From: an uncultured Planctomycetaceae bacterium
GTDB taxonomy: Bacteria > Planctomycetota > Planctomycetia > Isosphaerales > Isosphaeraceae
NCBI GenBank assembly: GCA_963833985.1
Contig: CAWIAD010000002.1
Span: 288,001-352,000 of the forward strand
DNA: 64,000 bases
Reading direction: 5' to 3'
A program made the translations under genes and the position numbers. Positions within the stretch are counted from its first letter, which is position 1; every line of letters begins with the position of its first letter. The notes beneath the pieces were generated by a model. That model worked only from the letters and a program-made list of their open reading frames with translations, had not been told where the DNA came from and ran no database searches. Of this stretch, positions 11,897 through 21,765 are shown piece after piece.

Positions 11897-12912
11897 CGAT
11901 CGTCGTCCCCCCGGGCGATCTCTACGGTTGATTGGAACTCCCGGCCATTCTCCAGATCATCCGTGGATGTGCGATACTCACCGACGATGTAGGACGGCCG
12001 GCCCTTCGATTCAAGGAAGATCAGCCGCACATATTCGCCGATAATTCCCATGCCTACCATCTGGATCGAGCCCAGGAAGAGCACCGTCACGATCACGCTC
12101 GCCCAGCCTCTGGGCGCCGAGTGGTTCATGAACGCGTCCACGAAAACCCAGGCAGTGAGGAAGGCCGCCAGCAGCGCGATGCTGATTCCGACGTAGGTCA
12201 TGAGCCGGAGAGGATAACTACTGAAGCTTACCAGCCCGTTGATCGCCAGTCCGACCAGGGCCCGGAAGGTGTACTTTGGCCGGCCCGCCGCACGCGCCGC
12301 ACGCTCATAGACAAGGCCCGTCTGCCGGAAGCCCACGAAGGTACGCAATCCCCGGACAAACCGGGTCCGCTCGGGAAGGGCTTTCAGGGCGTCGACCACC
12401 TTGCGGTCCATGAGGCAGAAATCGCCGCTATCCAGCGGGATCTCGAATTCGCTGATCGCATTCATGAGCCGGTAGAAAGTGAAGTAGCCGATCCTCTTCA
12501 CAACCGTTTCCTTGCGCTTCGCCCGTACCGCGTAGACGACATCGAAGCCCTCCTCCCAGCGGCGGACGAACTCCGGCAACGCTTCGGGTGGATCCTGAAG
12601 GTCTCCATCCATCACCACAACGGCACGGCCCCGCGCGTGGTCGAGGCCGGCCGAAACCGCCGGCTGGTGGCCAAAGTTGCGGCTCAAATGAATGACGGTG
12701 ACTCGCGGGTCCTTTTCCTGGATCGCGTCGAGCAGCCGCGGTGTCGCGTCGCGGCTGCCGTCGTCCACGAAAAGCAGCTCATGAGGCCCGCCCAGATCTT
12801 CCAGAGTCGTCACGAGGCGATGATAGAGTTCATGAATATTGAGCTCTTCATTGTAGAGCGGAACGACGACGCTCAGAAGTGGAGCCGCGGAGATCGATTT
12901 GGAGGAATTCAT
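11893..12912 (-). CDS. GT2 polyprenol-phosphate glycosyltransferase (GtrB/ArnC-like)
   Basis: SVVVPLYNEE, VDDGSRD, LSRNFGHQ, MDGDLQDPP, DSGDFCLMDR, two C-terminal TM helices. Confidence 0.92.
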   Translation of the reverse strand: MNSSKSISAAPLLSVVVPLYNEELNIHELYHRLVTTLEDLGGPHELLFVDDGSRDATPRLLDAIQEKDPRVTVIHLSRNFGHQPAVSAGLDHARGRAVVVMDGDLQDPPEALPEFVRRWEEGFDVVYAVRAKRKETVVKRIGYFTFYRLMNAISEFEIPLDSGDFCLMDRKVVDALKALPERTRFVRGLRTFVGFRQTGLVYERAARAAGRPKYTFRALVGLAINGLVSFSSYPLRLMTYVGISIALLAAFLTAWVFVDAFMNHSAPRGWASVIVTVLFLGSIQMVGMGIIGEYVRLIFLESKGRPSYIVGEYRTSTDDLENGREFQSTVEIARGDDDR

Positions 12913-13270
12913 GTTGGACGAATACTCCAGATGGTGATTCGGAACCATCCGCAGCGAAGCGATCAGCTCAAATGCCACGGGGCGTGGCATCCGTCGTTGA
13001 GGGACACGATGAGTTGCCTTGCGATTCAAGCCGTTAATATCCAAACATCCGGGCCAGCCAAACACAAGGCGATTCCACGGCGGCCGCGCACCGTACCGTT
13101 CTGATGACAGGCCAGACGGGCACGGGAACGACCATGGGATCCTACCGGCAGGCATGGAACTTGACCATACCCTGAACCTCGAGGGCCCGGCGGCGCACCC
13201 GCTCCAGGCCGGTTGACCCGAGCCCGGGATTGCGGCCGCGGGAACCGCGGATTTCTGGGACCGGGAATTC

Positions 13271-13903
13271 CTACGCCCGGCCGCGCAGGGCGGCAAGCGC
13301 AGTGCGTTCCTGGTCTGTCAGCTCACGCCACTGGCCGGGTGACAGGTCGCCCAGCTCGATGGGCCCGATGGCCACCCGCACCAGCCTCAGAGTCGGATGG
13401 CCGACGGCCGCGGTCATGCGCCGGACCTGGCGGTTGCGTCCTTCGCGCAGAGTCATCCGCAGCCAGGCCGTCGCCACGTTCTTGCGGAAGCGGATCGGCA
13501 CCGGCCGCGCGGGCAGCGTCGGGCTGACCTCCAGCATCTCCACTGCCGCAGGCAAGGTCGGCCCGTCAGCCAGCAAAACACCCCTCCGGAGCGACTCCAG
13601 CGCTGCCATGTCGGGAACACGCTCCACCTGCACCAGGTACGTCCTGGGATGAGCGAACCGCGGATCAGTCAGGCGATGAGCCAGCAGCCCGTCATCCGTG
13701 AGCAGGAGCAGGCCCTCGCTGTCACGGTCGAGCCGGCCAGCCGGGTAGACCCCTGCGATCGGAATGTAATCCTTGAGCGTCGACCTTTCCTCCCCGCCGC
13801 TGAACTGGCAGAGGACGTCGAACGGCTTGAAGAATGCAAGGTAACGCCACGCGCCGGGCGGCTTGTGCGTTCTTCGTGGCCCGCGCTCCCGGTGTGGGCG
13901 CAT
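13271..13903 (-). CDS. rluE: rRNA pseudouridine synthase, RsuA family (RluE-like)
   Basis: FKPFDVLCQFS, AGRLDRDSEGLLLLTDDG, EGRNRQVRRMTAAVGHPTLRLVR. Confidence 0.85.
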   Translation of the reverse strand: MRPHRERGPRRTHKPPGAWRYLAFFKPFDVLCQFSGGEERSTLKDYIPIAGVYPAGRLDRDSEGLLLLTDDGLLAHRLTDPRFAHPRTYLVQVERVPDMAALESLRRGVLLADGPTLPAAVEMLEVSPTLPARPVPIRFRKNVATAWLRMTLREGRNRQVRRMTAAVGHPTLRLVRVAIGPIELGDLSPGQWRELTDQERTALAALRGRA

Positions 13904-13937
13904 CGTGATCGACCGCTCCTGTGCCACGCTTCGTGCT

Positions 13938-14798
13938 TCAGCTTCCTTCGGGGGTCTTGACGCGAAACTCCAGCACGGAGAAGAGGCATGCCCCCAGCAC
14001 GGCAAGGAGGCCCGCGGCGCCGGTCAAGGCCAGCAGGCAGGTGGTCGCACTCGGGGCCTTGTCAAGATTGATCGACCAGTCGCTCACCGGCAGGTCCAGC
14101 CAGCGGATGCAAAGCGTGCGTACGTAGTACATGACCGTGGCATGGCGAATCATGAAATCGATGTTGGCCACCACGCCCTCGAGCAGGACGATGTAAAGCA
14201 CACCCACCACCAGCGCCCGTCGAGTAACCAGCCCCAGGCAGCCAAAAAGGGTTGTGTACGCAAGCAAGCCCAGCGCGAAGGTCGCGCCCAGGGTCCCGGC
14301 ACGCTGGGCCAGGGCGTGGCCAGCCAGCGCATCGGTCCCCCAGTAAACGGTCACGAGAGCGGCCGCGGTGAAGACGGCGCTGAGCAACGAGAGCACCAGC
14401 CAGGTCCCTGCCAGCTTCACAAGGTAGATCAGCCAGCGCGGTATCGGCCGGATCAGCAGATAGGTCAGCGTCTGCTCCTCGACCTCATCCTGGACCATCC
14501 CGGCCGCCAGCAGCAGGGCCGCCAGCGGCAGGAAGGCATTGGGAATCAATCCCAGGATCACGACGGCCTCGACATCCTCGAGCTGGTACGGATCTTGAAA
14601 ACGATGGGCCAGCACGGCAAAGACCAGCGGCAGTGCAAAGAGCACGCCAAGCATCAGCAGCCGACGGCCGCGGACCTGCCGCGCCGCGGTGATGCTCAGC
14701 AAAGTCACGATTGCACTTGCGGGAACCCAGCGCGCGAGCGGCACCGGCCAAATCGTCTCATCGGTCAATGCGGATCTTTCTATGGGTAGCAGACTCAT
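13938..14798 (-). CDS. ABC-2 type transporter permease
   Basis: About 6 TM helices, 'DEVEEQTLTYLLIRPIPRW..YLVK'. Confidence 0.88.
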   Translation of the reverse strand: MSLLPIERSALTDETIWPVPLARWVPASAIVTLLSITAARQVRGRRLLMLGVLFALPLVFAVLAHRFQDPYQLEDVEAVVILGLIPNAFLPLAALLLAAGMVQDEVEEQTLTYLLIRPIPRWLIYLVKLAGTWLVLSLLSAVFTAAALVTVYWGTDALAGHALAQRAGTLGATFALGLLAYTTLFGCLGLVTRRALVVGVLYIVLLEGVVANIDFMIRHATVMYYVRTLCIRWLDLPVSDWSINLDKAPSATTCLLALTGAAGLLAVLGACLFSVLEFRVKTPEGS

Positions 14799-15769
14799 GG
14801 ATTCACCAGATACTTGAAGACGGCTTCCAGGTTGTCGTCATCGGAGTAGACCTCGTCAATCGGGGTATCGGCGTCCAGGGCCAAGGCCGGCAGGCGGCTG
14901 TAGAACTGGTCAGGAGCGCGCGTCTCGATGACGATCGCTCCATCCGCCCTGCGCAGCTCGACTCCCACGATGTCGTCCCAGCGCACCAGCTTGGCGGCCA
15001 GCGCCCGCGCATCGGGACTGCGCAGGACGATCCGGTGCGGATGGGCGTCGATCAGATCACGCACCTGGCGCACATCGCCGAAGGCCACCAGGCGCCCACG
15101 GTTCATGAGCACGACCTGCCGGGTGAAGGCCTGCACCTCATGGAGCACATGGCTGGAGACGAGGATTGTCCGGCCGAGCTCGCCCAGCTCCAGAACCAGG
15201 TCAATGAGCTCGCGCCGCGCGACCGGGTCTGTACCGCTCAAGGGCTCGTCCAGGAAGAGCACGCGCGGCTCGTGCACCAGCGCCTGGGCCAGCTTGGTGC
15301 GCTGCCGCATCCCCTTGGAATAACCTCGCACCGGCCTGTCCGCATGCTCGGTCATCCTGACCTGTTCCAGCACTCGCTCGGCCGCGGTGCGCGCACCTTT
15401 CCGTCCCAGCCCGCCCAGTCGTGCACATGCGGTCAAGAACTCGCGGCCGGTCATCCACTCGAAGAACGCGTCCTGCTCCGGGCAAAGGCCGATCAGCCGG
15501 TTGAGTGCGGCGTTGTTCCAGGGCCGATGACCGAGCACGCGGACCTCACCCTGGCTGGGCCGGAGCTGACCGGTCGCCAGTTGCAGGAGCGTGCTCTTCC
15601 CCGCACCGTTGGGCCCGAGCAGCCCGGTGACTCCGGTACCGACCTGGAGCGACAGGTGGTTCACGCCGATCACCTGGCCGTACCACTTCGAGACCGAGAC
15701 GAACTCGACTGCCGCCGGCCGGCGCGCCTTGGTATCAAGTTCCGCCTCGGTTTGCTGGGCCGTTGTCAT
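14795..15769 (-). CDS. ABC transporter ATP-binding protein
   Basis: GPNGAGKST, YSKGMRQR, LFLDEP, SSH. Confidence 0.95.
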   Translation of the reverse strand: MTTAQQTEAELDTKARRPAAVEFVSVSKWYGQVIGVNHLSLQVGTGVTGLLGPNGAGKSTLLQLATGQLRPSQGEVRVLGHRPWNNAALNRLIGLCPEQDAFFEWMTGREFLTACARLGGLGRKGARTAAERVLEQVRMTEHADRPVRGYSKGMRQRTKLAQALVHEPRVLFLDEPLSGTDPVARRELIDLVLELGELGRTILVSSHVLHEVQAFTRQVVLMNRGRLVAFGDVRQVRDLIDAHPHRIVLRSPDARALAAKLVRWDDIVGVELRRADGAIVIETRAPDQFYSRLPALALDADTPIDEVYSDDDNLEAVFKYLVNP

Positions 15770-15825
15770 ATTTTCGCCGGGTCAGTCTGCAAGTTCCGGT
15801 GCATCAAATCACGAAATCTGCCTGC

Positions 15826-16911
15826 TCATCTCAGCCGGTCGAGGGACCGCACTCGTGTGGCGAGGGTCAACCCCGAGAGCACTCCCAGGCCGGCGAGGAC
15901 AGCCGCCGACCAGCGCCAGGGGTATGCGGGGGGCTGCTCCGATCCCGGTGACCCGGACACCGAGCCATTTCCGGGGCCAGACTGGCCTGGCGGCGGACCG
16001 GCCGGTGCGAGCCAGCGGCTTCGCCGCCGTGCGGGCGGGCCCGGCCGCATGCCTTGCCGGAACTGGTCCTGGCCGGCCCGGAACAACGCGGCAATCTTCT
16101 CGCGCTCGGTCGGGGTGTCGAGCAACGCGTCACGCACCCGGGCCAGGTTCTCCGTGTAGGAGAGCAGGGGAGCCCATTCCTCGTGGATGGTCCGGTTCAC
16201 CACGGTGGAAGCGAGGCCGCTGATCAACCAGATGCAAATCCAGAGAGCCCCCACGAACCGTGAGCTGCGCGAGAGCGATGAGATCGCCAGCATGAGAAAG
16301 CCAGCCGACAGGACCACGACCAGGGCGTAGGCCAGCGAGCCGGCGAGCACCCGCCAGGTGTCGCGAAACACCAGAGGATCGAGGCTGAAAGCGATGCCCA
16401 CTCCATAGGCCAGGAGCACTGGCAGAATCATGATCGCGCCCAGGAACGTGGCGATCACGCCGAGCTTCCCCGCAAAGTAGTCCAGCCTGCGGACAGGCCG
16501 CGCGAAGTAGAGCGGCATGGCGTTGAAGCGCAGGTCCTGGCTGATCAGCTCGGGCCCGACCAGCAGCACCAGCGGCATGGTAAAATACAGCTCGACGTCC
16601 AGAAAGAAGTTGAAGGCGAGGGTCCAGAACGTCGTGCGATAACCGCGCGGGCCGGCGCGGATCTCCTCGGGGAGACTCTGGAAGAGGAACAGGATCGAAC
16701 TCAGGAGACTGGATTTCTGCTCGAACAGGCCCCAGAGCATGAGGAACCCGGCAAGGATGACGGCCGGCACGAACGCGCCCAGGATCAGCAGCCCGACCCA
16801 GCGATTCTTGGACTGGGCGCGGACTCCCTGGAGCGAGATGGTCAGCCAGCGCCAGGCGGGGCCTCGTAGCCGGCCGTTCCAGTGCTGATAGCCCTGGTCG
16901 AGAATCGGCAT
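15826..16911 (-). CDS. ABC-2 type transporter permease
   Basis: 'MPILDQGYQHW', 'LISQDLRFNAMPLYFARPV..DYFAGK', multiple TM helices. Confidence 0.85.
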   Translation of the reverse strand: MPILDQGYQHWNGRLRGPAWRWLTISLQGVRAQSKNRWVGLLILGAFVPAVILAGFLMLWGLFEQKSSLLSSILFLFQSLPEEIRAGPRGYRTTFWTLAFNFFLDVELYFTMPLVLLVGPELISQDLRFNAMPLYFARPVRRLDYFAGKLGVIATFLGAIMILPVLLAYGVGIAFSLDPLVFRDTWRVLAGSLAYALVVVLSAGFLMLAISSLSRSSRFVGALWICIWLISGLASTVVNRTIHEEWAPLLSYTENLARVRDALLDTPTEREKIAALFRAGQDQFRQGMRPGPPARRRSRWLAPAGPPPGQSGPGNGSVSGSPGSEQPPAYPWRWSAAVLAGLGVLSGLTLATRVRSLDRLR

Positions 16912-17822
16912 CAATCGTCCTCCACCAGCGCGCTCAGAAAAACTTCTTCGAGCGTGCTGCGCCGCGGGCGCAGGGAACGCACCTGTTCGCCGGCCGCATC
17001 GGCCGCTTCCCAGAGCACCGTCCTGGTGGCGCCTGCCGGCAGCCGCACCAGGACGTGGTCATCCACGGGAACGCAGTCGATCGAGCGCGCGGCCAGGCAG
17101 CCGGCGAAGGCAACGGCGTCACCTTTGACCCGCAGCTCGAACTGCCCGTCGTGGGCCTGCTTGAGGGCGTCGATGCGCCCTTGGGCCAGCAGCCGGCCGC
17201 GGCCGAGCACGACCACATGATCGCAGACGGCCTCGACGTCCGGCAGCAGGTGGCTCGAAAAGATGAGGCTCATTCCCTTGGCCTGCGACAGGTCTCGGGC
17301 CAGGGCGAGCACCTCATCGCGACCGGCGGGGTCCATGCCGTTGGTCGGCTCATCCATGATCAGCAGTCGCGGATCGTGCACGATGCCCGCGGCAATCTTG
17401 ATGCGTTGTTTCATGCCCGTCGAGTAAGACTCGACACGGCGGTAGCGCGCTTCTTGAAGGCCCACGTAGTCGAGCACCTCGTGGGCGCGCTGGAGGGCGT
17501 CACGCGGCTGCATGCCGACCAGCTCTCCCGCGTAAGCAACGAACTGGACACCGATCACCGACGGAAAGAGACACTCGTCCTCGGGAACAAAGCCAACCGC
17601 CTGCCGGATCTTCATGCTGTTCTTGCGGATATCCATCCCCAGCACACGCCCCGACCCGGCGTCCAGGGAGATCAGCCCCAGCACGCTACGGATCATCGTC
17701 GTCTTGCCGGCTCCGTTCGGGCCGAGCAGGCCGATTGCCCCCTCCGGCATCGTCAACGAGAGCCCGCGCAGGGCTTTGACCTTGCCGTAACTCTTCGTGA
17801 GGCCGTCAAGTTCGATGAGCAT
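16911..17822 (-). CDS. ABC transporter ATP-binding protein
   Basis: GPNGAGKTT, YSTGMKQR, IMDEPTNGMDP, SSH. Confidence 0.95.
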   Translation of the reverse strand: MLIELDGLTKSYGKVKALRGLSLTMPEGAIGLLGPNGAGKTTMIRSVLGLISLDAGSGRVLGMDIRKNSMKIRQAVGFVPEDECLFPSVIGVQFVAYAGELVGMQPRDALQRAHEVLDYVGLQEARYRRVESYSTGMKQRIKIAAGIVHDPRLLIMDEPTNGMDPAGRDEVLALARDLSQAKGMSLIFSSHLLPDVEAVCDHVVVLGRGRLLAQGRIDALKQAHDGQFELRVKGDAVAFAGCLAARSIDCVPVDDHVLVRLPAGATRTVLWEAADAAGEQVRSLRPRRSTLEEVFLSALVEDD

Positions 17823-17969
17823 CAATCGTCCTGTGGCCGATGCGGACCCGCCACTCTTGCATATCGGTTCCGGGAAGGCAGGCGTGGGCTCTTGCCAACC
17901 AGGCTATAAAGTAACAGATTCTGCCGGGAAGCGTACCCGGGAGGACAATCCAAGCTTGGGAGCTCTACC

Positions 17970-18674
17970 ATGACGACGCCGGGTCCCCACATTCGCTCAC
18001 TCTCCCGTTTCGCCTGCGCGACATTGCTGCTGCTGGCCGGCTGCCAGAACCCGGCAGACGATGTTGCCGGCGCCAAGGTCTCCGCACCCCGGACCGATGC
18101 GGCCCCGACGACTTCCGCCAGCACACCGGCAGCCGCGCCGGCCGCGGTGCCAAAGGACGCCGTTCCCCTGCATATCAGCCCCGAGAACTCCAAGATCGAC
18201 TTCGTCGGCTCCAAGGTCACCGGCAGCCACAACGGCAGCTTCAAGTCGTTCGAGGGCACCTGGAACCTGGTTGCGGCAAAGCCCGAAGCCAGCACCATCA
18301 GGGCCGAGATCGCCATGGACTCGGTCTGGACGGACAACGACAAGCTCACGGGACATCTCAAGTCCCCCGACTTCTTCGACGTGGGCAAGTTCCCCAGATC
18401 CACCTTCGAATCGACCGGAATCAAGTCCGGCAGCAGCGACCCCAAGGCCAGGGACGCCACTCACACGGTCACCGGCAACCTCACATTGCACGGTGTGACC
18501 AAATCCATCGAATTCCCGGCGAAGATCACCACGACGGCCGACTCGGCCAGCCTGGACAGCGAGTTCTTCCTGAACCGCAAGGACTTTGGCATCAGCTATC
18601 CCGGAATGGCCAACGACCTGATCCGCGAAGAAGTCGTCCTCAAGCTGGCCGTCCACGCGGCGAAGACTCCCTGA
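17970..18674 (+). CDS. YceI family lipid/polyisoprenoid-binding lipoprotein
   Basis: Lipobox LLAGC; 'SKIDFVGSK', 'HLKSPDFFDV.KFP..TF', 'GNLTLHGVTK', 'NRKDFGI'. Confidence 0.92.
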   Translation: MTTPGPHIRSLSRFACATLLLLAGCQNPADDVAGAKVSAPRTDAAPTTSASTPAAAPAAVPKDAVPLHISPENSKIDFVGSKVTGSHNGSFKSFEGTWNLVAAKPEASTIRAEIAMDSVWTDNDKLTGHLKSPDFFDVGKFPRSTFESTGIKSGSSDPKARDATHTVTGNLTLHGVTKSIEFPAKITTTADSASLDSEFFLNRKDFGISYPGMANDLIREEVVLKLAVHAAKTP

Positions 18675-18802
18675 CAGGAGACACAATCTGTTCATCTGGA
18701 CAGATCCGGCCCGGTTCGTTAGGATCCTGGTATCGAGCCATGCGCCGCGAGCCGCTGTTTCTCGTGGCGATTGGCTCGCGGGCCAGGACCTGGGTTCCTT
18801 TC

Positions 18803-19898
18803 ATGAGCGATGCCGGGCGATTGCCACCCAGGGGTCGTGGCGCGGGGTTCAACCCGCCGAACCGCTTCGAGACCAGCCATCATGAGCTGGAACTGGAGCA
18901 GGTCGAGGATGACGCCGAGTATCTCGCGGCGCTGGGACGGCCGGCCACCGAGTTCCTGCCCGACCGCTCACGCAGCGTGATCTGCTCGAACGACAGCCCC
19001 GACGTCGGTTTCGAGGTGAGCCTCAACCCGTATCGTGGCTGTGAACATGGTTGCATTTATTGCTATGCCCGTCCGACCCACGAGTTTCTGGGACTTTCGG
19101 CGGGGCTCGATTTCGAGACGCGGATCCTGGTGAAGCACGATGCGCCGGACCTGCTTCGCCGGGAGCTCGAAGTCGCCACGTTGGAAATCGCGCGTGCTCG
19201 GGCTGAGCGGCGTGACCGACCCTTATCAGCCCATCGAGCGGAAGCTCAGGCTCACCCGCCGGTGCCTGGAGGTGCTGGTCGCGTTTCGCCAGGCAGTGAC
19301 CATCGTCACCAAGAACCGCCTCGTGATGCGCGATATCGACCTGCTGGGCGAGCTGGCGCGGCACGGGGCGGCCGGCGTCATGATCTCCGTCACAACGCTC
19401 GACGCGAGCCTGGCACGCCAGCTCGAGCCGCGCACCAGCTCGCCGGCGGGAAAGCTCGAGGCGATCGCCGCGCTCAGGCAGGCGGGCATTCCCGTGGGCG
19501 TCATGGTGGCACCGGTGATCCCGGGACTGACCGAGCACGAGCTGCCGCGCATCCTGGAAGCAGCCCATGAGGCGGGCGCTGCGCACGCCAGCTACGTGCT
19601 GCTGCGCCTGCCGCTGGCCGTCGCCGGACTGTTCGAGGAGTGGCTCCAGCGACATCGCCCCGATGCCCGGGAGAAGATTCTGGGACGGATCCGAGCCACT
19701 CGCGACGGCCGCCTGAACGATGCGCGCTTCGGCGTCCGCATGCGCGGCGAGGGTCCACTTGCCGACCTCATCCGCCAGGTCTTTCACGTCAACTCGACGC
19801 GGCTTGGGATGAACCGTCAGCCATGGCCCGTTGCGACGGCAGCATACTGTCGCCCCAGCGCCCATGCCGGCGAACTCCAACTGCGCCTCTTTGACTGA
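18803..19898 (+). CDS. PA0069/Rv2578c-family (SplB-like) radical SAM protein (frameshift near 19170)
   Basis: GRGA..NPPNRF, NDSPDVGF, NPYRGCEHGCIYCYARP, SGVTDPYQPIER, LEPRT, APVIPGL. Confidence 0.9.
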
Positions 19899-19919
19899 GA
19901 GCCCCAGGACGAGCCCGCC

Positions 19920-19947
19920 AACTTACATAAATTAATGTATCCGCATG
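19920..19947 (-). other. Candidate dif-like XerC/XerD site
   Basis: Minus strand CATGCGGATAC-ATTAAT-TTATGTAAGTT: 11-6-11 layout, 7/11 and 8/11 identical to the E. coli dif arms, inside an isolated AT-rich intergenic patch. Confidence 0.45.
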
Positions 19948-20267
19948 TTAATATATTTACTATTGTAAATTTCACACTGCATCCGCCGCACCAGCTCGCG
20001 GGAAGCACGGCGTTCAGCGGCCATGAAGACGAAGAAGGGCAGATTCTTCTCCAGTCAATGGAATAAGTTTTCAAGATTCGTCATTCCTTTTGATTTTCAA
20101 TTCTGTTACACTTCAATAGGTTGGTCTGACGATAGAGTGAATACCGTGATTTTCATGGAATCACTCTCTGATTACCCTCCCGCCTCCTGGGCTCCTTGGT
20201 GTGCCCCTTTCTCATCGACCCAGAAAGCAGTCAACGGGTCGAAAGTCTTTGCCACAGGGAGTTTACC

Positions 20268-20537
20268 GTGGGAAAGAAATTGTATGTTGGAAATTTGACC
20301 TATGCGGTGACCCACGCGGATCTGCAAGATTGGTTCACCCCGTTCGGGACCGTGCAGAGCGCTCAGGTCATCCAGGACCGTGACATGGGACGCAGCAAGG
20401 GGTTCGGTTTCGTCGAGATGGATACCGACGCCCAGGCCCAGGCTGCGATCCAGGGACTCAATGATCAGGAACAAGACGGCCGGCGGCTCAAGGTGAGCGA
20501 AGCCAAGGCCCGGGTTGCCCGTACCAACCCCGTGTAG
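20268..20537 (+). CDS. RRM-domain RNA-binding protein
   Basis: RNP2 KLYVGNL, RNP1 RSKGFGFVEM; GGGAG RBS before the GTG start. Confidence 0.95.
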   Translation: MGKKLYVGNLTYAVTHADLQDWFTPFGTVQSAQVIQDRDMGRSKGFGFVEMDTDAQAQAAIQGLNDQEQDGRRLKVSEAKARVARTNPV

Positions 20538-20825
20538 GGTAGACCCGCGGCGGTCAGCGGAGTCGCTGTCCTCCACCTGGGCATATCCCCAGAAACCACT
20601 CCCGCGGCTCGTCGAGTCCTCTGGTGCCGCCGGTGCGTCGGCCAATGATGCGCGACCTCTGGCTTGCCAACCATGCAAGCCGGAGGGATGTGAATCACTC
20701 ATCCAGGGCGGGTCAGGGCTGGTGTGACGACGCGTTCGACATGCTGGCGTCCGGTCGTGAGCCAGTCAAGTTCATGCGAATTCACCTCTGTTTCTATCTC
20801 CATTCCCCACGACTTGGAGCCTGAA

Positions 20826-21248
20826 GTGAACGCTTTCCCCGCCAGCGAGCAACGGATCTCGGAGATCGAGAGAGGTCGAATCTGCATGGCGACCCTGCCG
20901 ATGCCAGCGGGCAAGACGCTCTGCGCTGGAGATTCCATCCTCTTTGCCGTTGTGGCTTCACGAGGCGGTAAGGAGAGCCGTTACGTGCAGGATGGGGATT
21001 CGGTTTGTGTCTCGCTCACCCGGGTCACCGATCTTGGCGCAACTGATCCCGCTACTGGACAAGCTCTCTTTGAACTCTCCTGGAAGCCGCTCGGTCAAGG
21101 CACTCCCAGCGGCAAGACCGCGAAGCGTGTCGTGAAGCCCCGTGTTGCTCGTGGAGCCGCAGCGCCAGGCACCCTGCTTGCACCGACCGAGGCGCCGCAG
21201 AAGGCCCCCGACTTCGATCCGCTCTCGGTGACCCTTGTGAGCGACTGA
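20826..21248 (+). CDS. Hypothetical protein, possible ASCH/PUA-like fold
   Basis: GGAG + GTG start; 'ISEIERG.......L.AGDSILF...GDSVCV.LTRV' resembles ASCH/PUA patterns. Confidence 0.45.
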   Translation: MNAFPASEQRISEIERGRICMATLPMPAGKTLCAGDSILFAVVASRGGKESRYVQDGDSVCVSLTRVTDLGATDPATGQALFELSWKPLGQGTPSGKTAKRVVKPRVARGAAAPGTLLAPTEAPQKAPDFDPLSVTLVSD

Positions 21249-21722
21249 ATCGGTCTCTCTTCCAGTGCCCGTTCTCTCTCTCATGATGGGACCCTGTCAG
21301 AGAGATCCCACCTCACGCACATATCTCATTATCTCGATGCGCTTGTCCCCACTTTCTTTCATGTCCTTGCCATTGAACTGACTCCCGTTCCCACCTGAGC
21401 CAGGGTCAGATCCCCTCTGCCTGTGTTCTCGCTGGTTCCCTGGCCTGCCTGACCTCGAGAACCGGCTTCGTGGTTCGTGACGTTGCTCGGTCCGCAACGA
21501 GGGCCTTCCCGGGTCGTCGAGCCTGGTACGGAGAGCTGGGCGGTCCAGCGCGGCACCGGGATTCACCGACGTCCAGAGCCCCGAGGCGTTTGCTTGCCCC
21601 TGCGTCCCCTGCCAGGAGCGACGGCTTCGGCTTTTTGAGTGAAGCGCACACCGTCTCCAGGCGGCTCGTGACTGGACCGAAAGAACTTCCGATTCGCGCG
21701 GGAACCCCTTGATCTCGTCTGC

Positions 21723-21751
21723 TAACTGTATTAGGATGCCTAGTACAGTTA
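21723..21751. promoter_or_regulatory. YtrA-type GntR operator (inverted repeat)
   Basis: TAACTGTATTAGG-ATG-CCTAGTACAGTTA: 12/13-bp arms with core TGTA-N13-TACA, 14 bp upstream of the gntR ATG. Confidence 0.85.
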
Positions 21752-21765
21752 ATCAAGGTGCTCTC

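Noticed and set aside
21374..21420. Short palindromic remnants (GAACTGACTCCCGTTC, GGGTCAGATCCC) as a REP element
   Set aside because: Too short and single-copy in this window to support.
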